Source: Burkholderiales bacterium (GTDB taxonomy: Bacteria; Pseudomonadota; Gammaproteobacteria; Burkholderiales; SG8-39). Taken from it: a stretch of 44,722 bases of DNA. A program made the position numbers and the translations under genes. Position 1 is the first letter of the stretch; every line of letters starts with the position of its first letter. Shown here one piece after another: positions 1 through 9,602 of the stretch. The stretch covers positions 1-44,722 of the forward strand of contig DASWBP010000090.1 in NCBI GenBank assembly GCA_036390555.1, in the 5' to 3' direction. The notes below the pieces were generated by a model. That model had not been told where the DNA came from. It did not search any database and saw only the letters and a list, made by a program, of their open reading frames with translations.

Positions 1-122
1 CCGCCGCGCCCGCCGCACCCAAGGCCGCCGCGCCCAAGGCCGCCGCGCCCGCCGCACCCAAGCCCGCCGCGCCCGCGGCATCGAAGCCCGCGCCGGCGAA
101 ACCCGCGGCGCCCAAGCGCTAG
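1..122 (+). CDS. 3-prime end of a CDS truncated by the window edge; encodes an Ala/Pro/Lys-rich repeat tail (histone H1/AlgP-like low complexity); parent protein unknown
   Basis: Frame 3 reads AAPAAPKAAAPKAAAPAAPKPAAPAASKPAPAKPAAPKR, then TAG at 120-122. The underlying DNA is a 24-nt/15-nt tandem repeat. Confidence 0.5.
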   Translation, partial: AAPAAPKAAAPKAAAPAAPKPAAPAASKPAPAKPAAPKR

Positions 123-200
123 GCGTATTTCGGCTGGCGCAATGCGGCAGCGCTAGCGCGTTGAATCCAAAGGCGCGCGCGTTTCCGGCGCCGACCTCAT

Positions 201-2117
201 TTGCGCAATGCGGAACGGGGGCGTAGCTTGCGCGCCCACATCGTGCAGGCTCCCAAGTCCTCCACCGCCGCGCTGACGCTGCTCGCGCTCGGCGTCGTCT
301 ACGGCGACATCGGCACGAGCCCGCTGTACGCCGTCAAGGAAACCTTCAATCCGGATCACGGCATCGCGATCTCCGAAGCCGCAATCCTCGGCGGCCTGTC
401 GACGATCTTCTGGATCCTGATGATCGTGGTGTCGCTCAAGTACGTGACGCTGGTGATGCGCGCCGACAACAAGGGCGAGGGCGGCATCATGGCGCTGCTC
501 GCGCTCGCCTCGACCGCGGTGCGCGAGCAGCCGCGCTGGCGGCCGGCGGTGATGGCGGTCGGCGTGTTTGGCGCGTCGCTGTTCTTCGGCGAGGCGGTGC
601 TCACGCCCGCGATCTCGGTGCTCTCCGCGGTGGAGGGCCTGCAGCTCGGCGCTGACGGCGAGCAGATGCAGGTCGTGCCGCTAGCCGTGGGCGTGCTGGT
701 CGGGCTGTTCCTCATCCAGCGCCACGGCACCGGCACCGTGGGCAAGCTCTTCGGTCCCGTCTGCGCGGCGTGGTTCCTCGCGCTCGCCGCCTCCGGAATC
801 TGGAACATCGTGCAGAACCCGGCGGTCCTCGCTGCGCTCGATCCGCGGCACGCGCTGCACTTCGTCACGGGCTACGGCGTCGCCTCGTACGTGGTGCTCG
901 GCTCGGTGCTGCTCGCCATCACTGGCGCGGAGGCGCTGTACGCGGACATGGGCCACTTCGGCAAGCGCGCTGTGCGCATCGCCTGGTTCGGGCTGGTCGC
1001 GCCGTCGCTGGTGCTGAATTACTTCGGCCAGGGTGCGTTGCTCCTGCGCGACCCCGGCGCGATCGCCAATCCCTTCTACCTCGCGTTTCCCGGCTGGGCG
1101 CTCTACCCGATGGTGGCGCTCGCGACGGCGGCGACGGTGATCGCGTCGCAGGCCACCATCTCGGGCGCCTTCTCGGTGACGCAGCAGGCGGTGCAGCTCG
1201 GCTTCGTGCCGCGCATGGTGATCCAGCACACCTCCGAGCGCACCTCGGGCCAGATCTACGTGCCCGCGATCAACTGGCTGCTGCTCGTGTCGGTGGTGGC
1301 GGTGGTGATCGGCTTCGGCTCCTCGGCGGAGCTGGCGCAGGCTTATGGCGTGGCGGTCATGGGCACCATGCTGTCGACGACCTTCCTCACCTTCTTCGTC
1401 GTGCGCTTCGGCTGGGGCCTGCCGCTGTGGCTGTGCCTTGCGGCGACCGCGTTCTTCTTCGTCATCGAGGCGACGCTGCTTTCCGCGGCGCTCACCAAGA
1501 TCCTCGAGGGCGGCTGGCTGCCGCTCGCCATCGGCACGGTGGTGTTCGCGACCATGATGACCTGGCGCCGCGGACGCGCGCTGCTCGCCGCGCGGCTGCG
1601 GCAGACCTCGGTGCCCTTGAAGCCGCTCATCGAGTCGCTGATGCGCGAGCCGCCGCCGCGCGTGCCGGGCACTGCCGTGTTCCTCGCCGCCGCCGCCGAC
1701 GCCGCGCCGCACGCCCTGCTGCACAACCTCAACCACAACAAGGTGCTGCACGAGCGCGTGGTGTTCCTCACCATCGAGGTGTCCGACGAGCCGGTGGTGG
1801 AGCCCGCGCAGCGCATCGCGCTCGAGCGCCTGGAGCACGGCTTCTGGCGCATGACGCTGCGCTACGGCTTCATGCAGAAGCCCGACGTGAGCTACGACCT
1901 CACCGAGACGAGCCGGCGCATCCTGCCCTTCGACCTGATGACCACCTCGTTCTTCCTCAGCCGGCAGATCGTCGTGCCCGCGGCGAGCGGACGCCGCGCG
2001 GCGCGCTGGAGCTCGCGCCTGTTCGCCACGATGGTGAGGAACGCCGGCAACGCCGCCGACTACCTGAACCTGCCACCCAACCGCGTCATCGAGCTCGGCA
2101 CCAAGGTCCAGCTCTGA
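201..2117 (+). CDS. kup: KUP/HAK/KT family potassium uptake transporter
   Basis: 638-aa ORF with the N-terminal signature LALGVVYGDIGTSPLYAVKE and many TM segments. Start is uncertain: TTG 201, or GTG 243 would give a more typical N-terminus. Confidence 0.93.
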   Translation: MRNAERGRSLRAHIVQAPKSSTAALTLLALGVVYGDIGTSPLYAVKETFNPDHGIAISEAAILGGLSTIFWILMIVVSLKYVTLVMRADNKGEGGIMALLALASTAVREQPRWRPAVMAVGVFGASLFFGEAVLTPAISVLSAVEGLQLGADGEQMQVVPLAVGVLVGLFLIQRHGTGTVGKLFGPVCAAWFLALAASGIWNIVQNPAVLAALDPRHALHFVTGYGVASYVVLGSVLLAITGAEALYADMGHFGKRAVRIAWFGLVAPSLVLNYFGQGALLLRDPGAIANPFYLAFPGWALYPMVALATAATVIASQATISGAFSVTQQAVQLGFVPRMVIQHTSERTSGQIYVPAINWLLLVSVVAVVIGFGSSAELAQAYGVAVMGTMLSTTFLTFFVVRFGWGLPLWLCLAATAFFFVIEATLLSAALTKILEGGWLPLAIGTVVFATMMTWRRGRALLAARLRQTSVPLKPLIESLMREPPPRVPGTAVFLAAAADAAPHALLHNLNHNKVLHERVVFLTIEVSDEPVVEPAQRIALERLEHGFWRMTLRYGFMQKPDVSYDLTETSRRILPFDLMTTSFFLSRQIVVPAASGRRAARWSSRLFATMVRNAGNAADYLNLPPNRVIELGTKVQL

Positions 2118-2118
2118 C

Positions 2119-2139
2119 AATTGGGGTCAGACCCCAATT
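2119..2139. repeat. REP-like 21-nt perfect palindrome AATTGGGGTCAGACCCCAATT
   Basis: Arms of 10 nt around a central A. Begins 2 nt after the kup stop codon. Confidence 0.85.
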
Positions 2140-2146
2140 TCCGCGG

Positions 2147-2167
2147 AATTGGGGTCTGACCCCAATT
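2147..2167. repeat. REP-like 21-nt palindrome AATTGGGGTCTGACCCCAATT (reverse complement of the copy at 2119)
   Basis: Separated from copy 1 by TCCGCGG. Together the two copies form a BIME-like inverted pair. Confidence 0.85.
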
Positions 2168-2226
2168 TCGCGACAGCAAGGCGTCAGGCTGGATCTATAG
2201 ACTGCGGCGCTTTGCGCCCGCTGACG

Positions 2227-2778
2227 ATGCACGACTTTCCGCCGGCCTTCTACGCCACGATCCGCTGGATCGACCGCTTCACCGACGCGTTCGGCAAGCT
2301 GGTGTCGCTCGCCATGCTGTGGCTGGTCGTCACCGTCAGCTACGAGTGCATCGCGCGCTACGCCTTCAACGCGCCCACCATCTGGGTGATGGAGGCGAGC
2401 TACATGGCCAATGGCGGCGCCTTCATGCTCGGCTGCGCCTACGCGCTGCACAAGGGCGCGCACGTGCGCACCGACATCTTCTGGGAGAACTACACCGAGC
2501 GGCGCAAGGGGATCATCGACCTCACGTCCTACCTGCTGCTCTTCTACCCCGCGCTCATCACCTTCTTCGTGATCAGCGTGGATGACGTCATGTACTCGAT
2601 CTCGATCGGCGAGCGCTCGGAGATGTCGCCCTGGCGCGCCACCATGTGGCCGTTCCGCGCCACCGTGCCGCTCGGCGCGCTGCTCATGATGGTGCAGGGG
2701 GTGTCGGAGTCGCTCAAGTGCTGGTTCCAGATCCGCAACGGCCGCGAGTTCGAGCACCGGGAAAAGCTGGAGGTATGA
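2227..2778 (+). CDS. TRAP transporter small permease subunit (DctQ-type)
   Basis: 183 aa from ATG 2227. Multiple TM segments and the SYECIARYAFNAPTIW motif typical of DctQ. Stop lies 4 nt before the large-subunit start. Confidence 0.85.
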   Translation: MHDFPPAFYATIRWIDRFTDAFGKLVSLAMLWLVVTVSYECIARYAFNAPTIWVMEASYMANGGAFMLGCAYALHKGAHVRTDIFWENYTERRKGIIDLTSYLLLFYPALITFFVISVDDVMYSISIGERSEMSPWRATMWPFRATVPLGALLMMVQGVSESLKCWFQIRNGREFEHREKLEV

Positions 2779-2782
2779 GGGC

Positions 2783-4201
2783 ATGAGCGGGCAGGAGGCC
2801 CTCGGCCTTCTCATGATGGCGGTGATGGTGGGCGCGATCTTCATCGGCCTGCCGATCAGCTTCACGCTGCTGTTCCTCGCGCTCATCTTCGGCTTCATCG
2901 GCATCGGGCCGGTGGTGTTCGACCTCGCCTACCTGAACACCATCGGCCTGATGAAGGTGGACGAGTTCGTCGCCGTGCCGATGTTCGTGCTGATGGGCTA
3001 CGTCTGCGACCAAGCGGGCCTCATGGAACGCATGTTCAAGGCGTTCCGCGACTTGTTCGCCCCGTTGCGCGGCTCGCTCTATCTCGTCGTGCTCGCCACG
3101 GCGACGCTGTTCGGCATCGCCGCGGGCACGGTGGGCGCGACCGTCGTGCTGCTCGGCATCATGGCCGGGCCGATGATGGTCAAGGCGGGCTACGACGTGC
3201 GCATGTCGGCGGGCGCGATCACCGCCGGCGGCACGCTCGGCATCCTGATTCCGCCCTCGGTGATGCTGGTGGTGATGGCGCCGGTGCTCGGCATCTCGGT
3301 GCTGCACCTGTATGCGGCCGCGTTCGGCCCTGGCTTCCTGCTCGCCGGCATGTACATCGCCTACACGCTCATCCGCTGCCACTTCAATCCCAAGCTCGGG
3401 CCGCCGGTGCCGAAGGAGGAGCGCCCGGCCTCGATGAGGATCGTGCTCTGGGAATGCCTGGTGGGTCTCGTGCCGGTGACGATCCTCACCATCGCCACGC
3501 TCGGCGTGATCCTCGCGGGCCTTGCGACCTCGACGGAAGCCGCGGCGATGGGCGCCGCCGGTGCGATCCTGATGGTGATCGGCTACGGCCGCTTCACCTG
3601 GAAGGGGCTGTTCAACGCCCTGCACCAGACGCTCGCCACGACGAGCATGGTGCTGTTCCTCGCCGTCACCTCGAACGTCTTCGGCTCCGTGTTCGCGCGC
3701 CTGGGCAGCGCCACCTGGGTGACCGAGGCGCTCATCTCGATCCCGCTGCCGCCCTGGGCGACGATGGCGCTGCTGCTCACGCTGATCTTCCTGCTCGGCT
3801 GGCCGTTCGAGTGGCCGGCGATCGTGCTCATCTTCCTGCCGATCCTCGCGCCGGTGGCGACCAAGCTGGGCTACGACATGGTGTGGTTCGCCTGCGTGGT
3901 GGCGGTGGTGCTGCAGACGGCGTTCCTCTCGCCGCCGGTGGCGATGTCGGCCTACTACCTCAAGCAGGCGGTGAAGGACTGGAGCCTGCGCACCATCTAC
4001 CGCGGCATGGCGGACTTCATGGTGATCCAGGTGATCTGCGTGGTGCTGGTGATCGTCTTCCCGCAGATCGCCATGTGGTTCCCCAACTGGCTCACGCAGG
4101 GCGACCGCCTCAACAAGAGCGTTGCCGAAGAGCCCGCAACGCGGGTCGTGGAGAAGCGGCCAGCCCTCGAGGCCGGGGACATGACGCCGCTGCAACGCTG
4201 A
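2783..4201 (+). CDS. TRAP transporter large permease subunit (DctM-type)
   Basis: 472-aa polytopic membrane protein directly downstream of the DctQ-type gene. Confidence 0.9.
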   Translation: MSGQEALGLLMMAVMVGAIFIGLPISFTLLFLALIFGFIGIGPVVFDLAYLNTIGLMKVDEFVAVPMFVLMGYVCDQAGLMERMFKAFRDLFAPLRGSLYLVVLATATLFGIAAGTVGATVVLLGIMAGPMMVKAGYDVRMSAGAITAGGTLGILIPPSVMLVVMAPVLGISVLHLYAAAFGPGFLLAGMYIAYTLIRCHFNPKLGPPVPKEERPASMRIVLWECLVGLVPVTILTIATLGVILAGLATSTEAAAMGAAGAILMVIGYGRFTWKGLFNALHQTLATTSMVLFLAVTSNVFGSVFARLGSATWVTEALISIPLPPWATMALLLTLIFLLGWPFEWPAIVLIFLPILAPVATKLGYDMVWFACVVAVVLQTAFLSPPVAMSAYYLKQAVKDWSLRTIYRGMADFMVIQVICVVLVIVFPQIAMWFPNWLTQGDRLNKSVAEEPATRVVEKRPALEAGDMTPLQR

Positions 4202-4202
4202 G

Positions 4203-4223
4203 AATCGGGGTCAGACCCCAATT
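4203..4223. repeat. REP-like palindrome copy AATCGGGGTCAGACCCCAATT (one mismatch)
   Basis: Fills the 24-nt gap between convergent stop codons (4199-4201 and 4226-4228). Likely a bidirectional hairpin. Confidence 0.8.
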
Positions 4224-4225
4224 TC

Positions 4226-5035
4226 CTATCCCGAACGCCGCGCCCAGTAGGCGAAGGTGCCGCGCACGATCGAGGGCTGCAGCAGGAAGTCGCGCGCTTC
4301 CTGCGCGAGCTCGGGTTTGACGGGCTTCACGCCGCCCGCCGCCATGGCGCGCAACTGCATGCGCGCCGCGCGCTCGAAGAACACGGCGAGGTAGGTCGCT
4401 TCCTCGACGCTGCTGCCGGCGGCGAGCAGGCCGTGGTTGGCCAGCAGGATGCACTTTGCCTGTCCGAGCGCGCCCGAGATGAGGCGCCCCTCGTCGTCCG
4501 CGACCGGAACGCCGGGCCATTCAGCCAGGTGCGCGGTGCCGTAGAGCATCGAGGAATCCATGTGCGCGATCTCGAGCGGCTTGCCGGTGGCGGCGAGCGC
4601 AGAGGCGTAGGGCGCGTGCGTGTGGATGATGGCTCGCACGTCCGGGCGCTTGCGGTAGATCCAGATATGGAAGCGCACGCCCGGATTGGGCCGCCCGCTC
4701 GTCTTCGCTCTGCCCACAATCGCGCGCTTGCCTGTCCTGCCGGCGCCCGCGCTTCCGGGCGGCTTGAGCGGCGCCAGATCGTCGTCCACGAGCACCATGC
4801 GCGCGCGCGTGGCTTCCTCGAAGCCGTAGCCGAACTGCAGCGTCCAGAAGGCCGGGGCCGCCCCGTCAGCTCGCGCCGTCACCTGCCCGGCGAGCCCCGA
4901 CTCATGGCCCTCGGCGGCGAGAACGCGGCAGGCTTGCGCCAGAAGTCCAGGCGTGTCGAGCCTGAGCGCGGGCAGGTCCGCGTCCATCTCGCGGCTCACG
5001 CGCTCCTTGAAGTAGGCCTTGTCGCGATCGTTCAT
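4226..5035 (-). CDS. class II aldolase/adducin-domain protein
   Basis: Only the C-terminal 269 aa of the 687-aa ORF look real (MNDRDKAYFKER...). Contains IIHTHAPYASAL and ILLANHGLLAAGSS motifs. Its ATG at 5035 overlaps the upstream dctM-type stop (ATGA). Confidence 0.85.
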   Translation of the reverse strand: MNDRDKAYFKERVSREMDADLPALRLDTPGLLAQACRVLAAEGHESGLAGQVTARADGAAPAFWTLQFGYGFEEATRARMVLVDDDLAPLKPPGSAGAGRTGKRAIVGRAKTSGRPNPGVRFHIWIYRKRPDVRAIIHTHAPYASALAATGKPLEIAHMDSSMLYGTAHLAEWPGVPVADDEGRLISGALGQAKCILLANHGLLAAGSSVEEATYLAVFFERAARMQLRAMAAGGVKPVKPELAQEARDFLLQPSIVRGTFAYWARRSG

Positions 5036-6330
5036 CGCATCAGGCTCGGCAGCCAGAGCGCGATGGACGGAAAGAGGATCAGCAGCGCCAGGCGCACGAT
5101 GTCCGCGCCGATGAAGGGCAGCACGCCGCGGAACACCGTGGTGGTCTGCACCTGCGGCAGGAGCGTCGAGAGCACGAACAGATTCATCCCCACCGGCGGG
5201 CTGATGAGGCCGATCTCGACGATCGTCACCACCAGCACGCCGTACCACACCGGATCGAAGCCGAGGCTGACGATGAGCGGGAAGAACACCGGCAGGGTGA
5301 GGAGCACCATGGAAAGCTCCTCCATCGCCGTGCCGAGCACGATGTAGATCAGCATGATCGCGGCCACCACCAACACCGGGTTCACCTCGAAGCGCTGCAC
5401 GAACGCCTTGAGGTCCGAGGGCATCGAGGTGATGTTGATGAAGTCGGCGAAGATGAGCGCGCCGATCAGGATCAGGAACAGCATCGCGGTGGTGCGCCCG
5501 CTGTCCACCAGCGACTGGTAGAGCGTCTTCCAGCTCAGCGCGCGGCGCCAGAGCGCGAACACCATGGCGCCGAAGGCGCCCATGCCCGCGCCCTCGGTGG
5601 CGGTAAACATGCCGCCGTAGATGCCGCCGATCACGAACAGGAACAGCAGCGCCACCGGCCAGATGCCGGCGAGCGAGACCCAGCGCTCGCGCCAGGAGAC
5701 GCGCTCGCCGCGCGGGCCGGCCTTCGGATCGCGCCAGCACGCCCACTGCACCGCGCCACAGAGCAGGATCGCGCCCAGGATTCCGGGCAACAGCCCGGCG
5801 GCGAACATCTTGCCGATGTTGGTCTCGGTGAACACGCCGTAGATCACCATCAGCGTGGAGGGCGGGATCATGATGCCGAGCGTGCCGCCCGCGGCGATGG
5901 CGCCCGCCGAGAGCTGGTCGGAGTAGCCGAAGCGCTTCATCGAAGGGTAGGCCACCTTCGCCATGGTGGCGGCGGTGGCGATCGAGGAGCCGCAGATCGA
6001 GCCGAAGCCCGCGCAGGCGATGACGGTGGCCATGGCAAGCCCGCCGCGCAGGTGGCCGATGAAGGCGTAGGCGGCGCGGAACAGCTGCTCGGCGATGCCC
6101 GCGCGCGCGACGAAGATCCCCATCAGCAGGAACAGCGGCACCACCGACAGCGTGTAGTTGCGGCCGGTCTCGTAGACGTTGGTCTGCACGGCGGCGAAGG
6201 CCACCGTCCAGTTCCAGTCGCGCATGTAGGCGTAGCCCACCACGCCGGTCACCGCCATCGCGAACGCGATCGGCAGGCGCAGGAAGCACAGCACGAGCAT
6301 CGCCCCGAGGGCGACCAGGCCCTCGATCAT
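5032..6330 (-). CDS. TRAP transporter large permease subunit (DctM-type)
   Basis: 432 aa from MIEGLVALGAM. The ATG at 6330 overlaps the DctQ-type stop (ATGA). Confidence 0.9.
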   Translation of the reverse strand: MIEGLVALGAMLVLCFLRLPIAFAMAVTGVVGYAYMRDWNWTVAFAAVQTNVYETGRNYTLSVVPLFLLMGIFVARAGIAEQLFRAAYAFIGHLRGGLAMATVIACAGFGSICGSSIATAATMAKVAYPSMKRFGYSDQLSAGAIAAGGTLGIMIPPSTLMVIYGVFTETNIGKMFAAGLLPGILGAILLCGAVQWACWRDPKAGPRGERVSWRERWVSLAGIWPVALLFLFVIGGIYGGMFTATEGAGMGAFGAMVFALWRRALSWKTLYQSLVDSGRTTAMLFLILIGALIFADFINITSMPSDLKAFVQRFEVNPVLVVAAIMLIYIVLGTAMEELSMVLLTLPVFFPLIVSLGFDPVWYGVLVVTIVEIGLISPPVGMNLFVLSTLLPQVQTTTVFRGVLPFIGADIVRLALLILFPSIALWLPSLMR

Positions 6331-6869
6331 CTCGGATACGCCGTGAACGCCCGCCACAGGTGGATGAGGCCCGAGAGCAGGATCATCGCCACCATGAAGT
6401 AGACGAAGGGCGCCACGACGATGCGCAGCACGTCGGTGGTGTCGCCGTAGCCGGCCACCCGTGCCGCCCGCAGCCACATCAGCCAGGTAAGGCCGAACAT
6501 GAGCGCGGCGCTGGCGAGCTCCATGACGCGGCTGAGCAGGGCGCTGCCGCGCGAGCCGAGCCAGCGGTCGATCAAGTCCATGGTGACGTGCTCGTTGGCG
6601 TGCGTCACCAGCGGCAGCCCGGCGAAGATGAGCACGAGCAGCAGCAGCTCGGTCACCTCGAAGCCGCCGCGCAGCGGCCGGTTGAAGACGTAGCGCAGGA
6701 CGACGTCCACGAAGGTGAGCGTCATCATGCAGAACAGGATGGCGGAAGCCGCCACTCCGAGCGCCGCGTCGGCGCGGCGCTCCCAGCGGGTGCCGGGGAC
6801 GTGTGCCCCTTCGGTCAGAACCTCCGGGGCCCGCTCACGTCCCGCGAGCCCCCCGGACTTCTCCGCCAC
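6327..6869 (-). CDS. TRAP transporter small permease subunit (DctQ-type)
   Basis: 180-aa ORF with a GTG start at 6869, which is uncertain. Contains FVDVVLRYVFNRPLRG and four TM segments. Lies between P and M subunit genes. Confidence 0.85.
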   Translation of the reverse strand: MAEKSGGLAGRERAPEVLTEGAHVPGTRWERRADAALGVAASAILFCMMTLTFVDVVLRYVFNRPLRGGFEVTELLLLVLIFAGLPLVTHANEHVTMDLIDRWLGSRGSALLSRVMELASAALMFGLTWLMWLRAARVAGYGDTTDVLRIVVAPFVYFMVAMILLSGLIHLWRAFTAYPR

Positions 6870-6871
6870 AC

Positions 6872-7894
6872 CTACTTACCGGCCGCGACCTTCTTGAGTT
6901 CCGCGCGGAACTCGGCAAGCACGGCGGGCGCGTCCACGCCCTTGGCGTTGGCCTTGGCGATCCAGTCCTCGATGATGCGGTCGGAGCGCGTGCGCACTTC
7001 GTTCACCAGCGCCTTGTCGGCGTTGACGATCTTCACCTTGGCTTGCTTGAGCGCCGCCAGGCCCTTCTGGTCGGCGGCGTCCCAGGACTTGCCGTTGCTG
7101 CGCGCCGCGTACTCGAAGCCATGCTTCTCGATGATCGCCTGGTCCTGCTTGGAGAGCTTGTTCCACTTGTCCTGGTTCATGAAGAAGCCGAACGCCGAGC
7201 TGTACATGCCGCCCGGGAACAGGGTGGCCTGCTCGAGCACCGTGTCCAGCTTGAAGGAGACGACGGACTCGAGCGGGAAGAAGACGCCGTCGGCGACGCC
7301 GGACTTCAGCAGTTCGTAGGACTCGGGCGCGGGCTTGACGAAGGCCGAAGTGCCGAGCGCTTTCGCCACCGCCTCGGCGATGCCGCCGCCGGTGCGGATC
7401 TTGAGACCCTGCAGGTCGTTGATGTTCTTTACCGGCTTCTTGGTGAACATCTGCCCCGGGCCGTGCGTCCATACGGCGAGCAGCTTCACGCCGTTGTACT
7501 CGCCGACCTTCTGGAAGTGCTTCCAGTGGATGCGCGAGTAGGCGACCGAGTTGATCTCCGCGGTCTCGCCGGCGCCGGGCAGCTCGGGCATCAGCGGCAG
7601 CACGTGGCGCGCGGGCGTGTAGCTCGCGGTGACGTAGGAAAGGTCCATCAGGCCGTCGCGCACCGCGTCGAAGGTTCCGGGCGCCGCCGAGGGGTGCTTG
7701 GGCAGCAGCTGGAACTTCACGCGCCCGCTGGTCGCCTTCTCCACCGTGTTCGCCCAGTTCACCTGCCACACCGACAGGTGGTGGCTCGGCGGCACCCAGG
7801 ACGAGTAGGTGAGCGTGGTCTGCGCCGATGCCGGCAGCGCGGCGAATGCGCCGGCGACGAGCGCGGCAAGGGTGAGTTGTTGTTTGGTTATCAT
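6872..7894 (-). CDS. TRAP transporter substrate-binding protein (DctP family)
   Basis: 340 aa from ATG 7894, preceded by GGAGGAGACC. Signal peptide is [25 protein letters not shown]. First gene of the P-Q-M-aldolase operon. Confidence 0.9.
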   Translation of the reverse strand: MITKQQLTLAALVAGAFAALPASAQTTLTYSSWVPPSHHLSVWQVNWANTVEKATSGRVKFQLLPKHPSAAPGTFDAVRDGLMDLSYVTASYTPARHVLPLMPELPGAGETAEINSVAYSRIHWKHFQKVGEYNGVKLLAVWTHGPGQMFTKKPVKNINDLQGLKIRTGGGIAEAVAKALGTSAFVKPAPESYELLKSGVADGVFFPLESVVSFKLDTVLEQATLFPGGMYSSAFGFFMNQDKWNKLSKQDQAIIEKHGFEYAARSNGKSWDAADQKGLAALKQAKVKIVNADKALVNEVRTRSDRIIEDWIAKANAKGVDAPAVLAEFRAELKKVAAGK

Positions 7895-7965
7895 GGTCTC
7901 CTCCGGAATGTGGCGGGGGCCTCCTGCCCCACGTGCGCCGGAGTGTATCCCAAGAGGGGGCGGCA

Positions 7966-8964
7966 ATGGCGGCGAGCGGCGGGGTGGTGGACCTGCGCAG
8001 TGACACGGTGACGCGGCCCTCGGCCGGCATGCGCCGCGCGATGGCCGAGGCCGAGGTCGGCGACGACGTGTTCGGCGACGACCCCACGGTGAACCGGCTG
8101 CAGGAGCGCGCGGCCGAGCTGTTCGGCTTCGAAGCGTCGCTGTTCTTTCCCACGGGCACGCAGTCCAACCTCGCCGCGCTCATGAGCCACTGCCAGCGCG
8201 GCGACGAGGTGCTGGTGGGAATGGAAGCGCACACCTACCGCTACGAGGCGGGAGGCGGCGCGGTGCTCGGCTCCATCCAGCCGCAGGCGATCGTCAACCG
8301 GCCCGACGGCACGCTCGACCTTGCGGAGGTCGAGGCGGCGATCAAGCCCGATGACCCGCATTTCGCGCGTACGCGCCTGCTCGCGCTGGAGAACACCATC
8401 ACTGGCCGGGTCATCCCGCGCCGCTATTTCGACGAGGCGCTAGCCCTCGCCAGGCGCCGCGGCCTTGCGACGCACCTCGACGGCGCGCGCATCTTCAACG
8501 CGGCCGTCAAGCTCGGCATGCCCGTGAAGGAGCTGTGCCGCGGCTTCGACTCGGTGTCCTCGTGCCTCTCGAAGGGGCTCGGCGCGCCGGCGGGCACGAT
8601 GCTGCTGGGCGCGAAGGACTTCATTGCGCGCGCCAAACGCGCCCGCAAGATCCTCGGCGGCGTGATGCGCCAGGCGGGGATCCTCGCCGCAGCGGGTCTC
8701 TACGCGCTCGAGCACAACGTCGAGCGGCTTGCAGAGGACCACGCCAATGCGGAACGCCTCGCGCGCGGCATCGGCGCCGAGCCACCGCAGTCCAATATGG
8801 TGTTCATCCAGTCCGCGCCCGGGCTGGTGGAGCACCTCGCGCAGCACGGCGTCATCGTGCTGCCGGCGGCGCGCCTGCGCCTGGTCACGCATCTCGATGT
8901 GGACGCGGCGGGCGTGGACCGCGCCATCGCCGCCTTCCGCGCCTTCCGCCAGCGCGCCGCGTAA
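7966..8964 (+). CDS. ltaE: low-specificity L-threonine aldolase (PLP-dependent)
   Basis: [12 protein letters not shown] near the N-terminus; [11 protein letters not shown]; PLP-lysine context [10 protein letters not shown]. Confidence 0.9.
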   Translation: MAASGGVVDLRSDTVTRPSAGMRRAMAEAEVGDDVFGDDPTVNRLQERAAELFGFEASLFFPTGTQSNLAALMSHCQRGDEVLVGMEAHTYRYEAGGGAVLGSIQPQAIVNRPDGTLDLAEVEAAIKPDDPHFARTRLLALENTITGRVIPRRYFDEALALARRRGLATHLDGARIFNAAVKLGMPVKELCRGFDSVSSCLSKGLGAPAGTMLLGAKDFIARAKRARKILGGVMRQAGILAAAGLYALEHNVERLAEDHANAERLARGIGAEPPQSNMVFIQSAPGLVEHLAQHGVIVLPAARLRLVTHLDVDAAGVDRAIAAFRAFRQRAA

Positions 8965-9035
8965 CTCTGGTCTTCAGGCGGGCGCAAGGATCGCGCCGCT
9001 ACAATTCGCGCACTCTTTCTGCGGGGGACGGCGGC

Positions 9036-9587
9036 ATGTCGGCAGGTCATGGGCACGTGGAGTCGCACGGCAACAACAAGGGCGTGGCGCTGCTGATCGC
9101 GGTGCTCGCGCTCGTCCTGGCGTTCTCGGAGACGCTGGGCAAGTCCGCGCAGACCGCCGCAACGGCGGCGAATATCGAGGCCTCCAACCTGTGGGCCTTC
9201 TTCCAGGCGAAGACCATCCGCCAGACGACGCTGCGCACGGCGGCCGAGCAGTTGGAGGCCATGAACCCCGGGGAAGCGGCGAGGAAGCAGATCGCCAAGT
9301 GGAAGGAGACGGCGGACCGCTACCAGTCGGAGCCCGAGACGGGCGAAGGCCGCAAGGAGCTCGCCGCGCGCGCCAAGGCCGCCGAGCAGAAGCGCGACCG
9401 CGGCATGGCGGCTTACCACCACTACGAATTCGCCTCGGCCTCGGTGCAGATCGCCATCGTGCTCGCCTCCGCCTCGATCATCACCACGATCCCGGCGCTG
9501 GTATGGATTGCCGGCGCGCTCGGCGTCGTTGCGGTGGGCTTCTGCGTGATCGGCTTCTGGTTCCCGACCGCAGTCCACCTGTTCTGA
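9036..9587 (+). CDS. DUF4337-family membrane protein
   Basis: 183 aa from ATG 9036. Has an N-terminal TM (VALLIAVLALVLAF), the NLWAFFQAKTIRQ motif, a coiled middle region and a C-terminal TM pair. Confidence 0.7.
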   Translation: MSAGHGHVESHGNNKGVALLIAVLALVLAFSETLGKSAQTAATAANIEASNLWAFFQAKTIRQTTLRTAAEQLEAMNPGEAARKQIAKWKETADRYQSEPETGEGRKELAARAKAAEQKRDRGMAAYHHYEFASASVQIAIVLASASIITTIPALVWIAGALGVVAVGFCVIGFWFPTAVHLF

Positions 9588-9602
9588 GGCGCAGGGCGTC
9601 CG

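Noticed and set aside
681-2120. 479-aa minus-strand ORF antisense to kup
   Set aside because: Arg/His/Glu/Gly-rich composition with no motifs. It is fully antisense to a well-supported transporter gene. This is a typical open-frame artefact of very GC-rich DNA.
4226-6289. 687-aa ORF suggesting a large fusion protein
   Set aside because: Only the last 269 aa (class II aldolase) are credible. The upstream part is an alternative frame of the DctM-type gene and has Arg/Gly-rich nonsense composition.
8535-9035. N-terminal 167 aa of the 350-aa ORF containing the DUF4337 protein
   Set aside because: This part is Arg/Ala/Gly-rich and overlaps the ltaE coding region in another frame. The membrane protein starts plausibly at ATG 9036.
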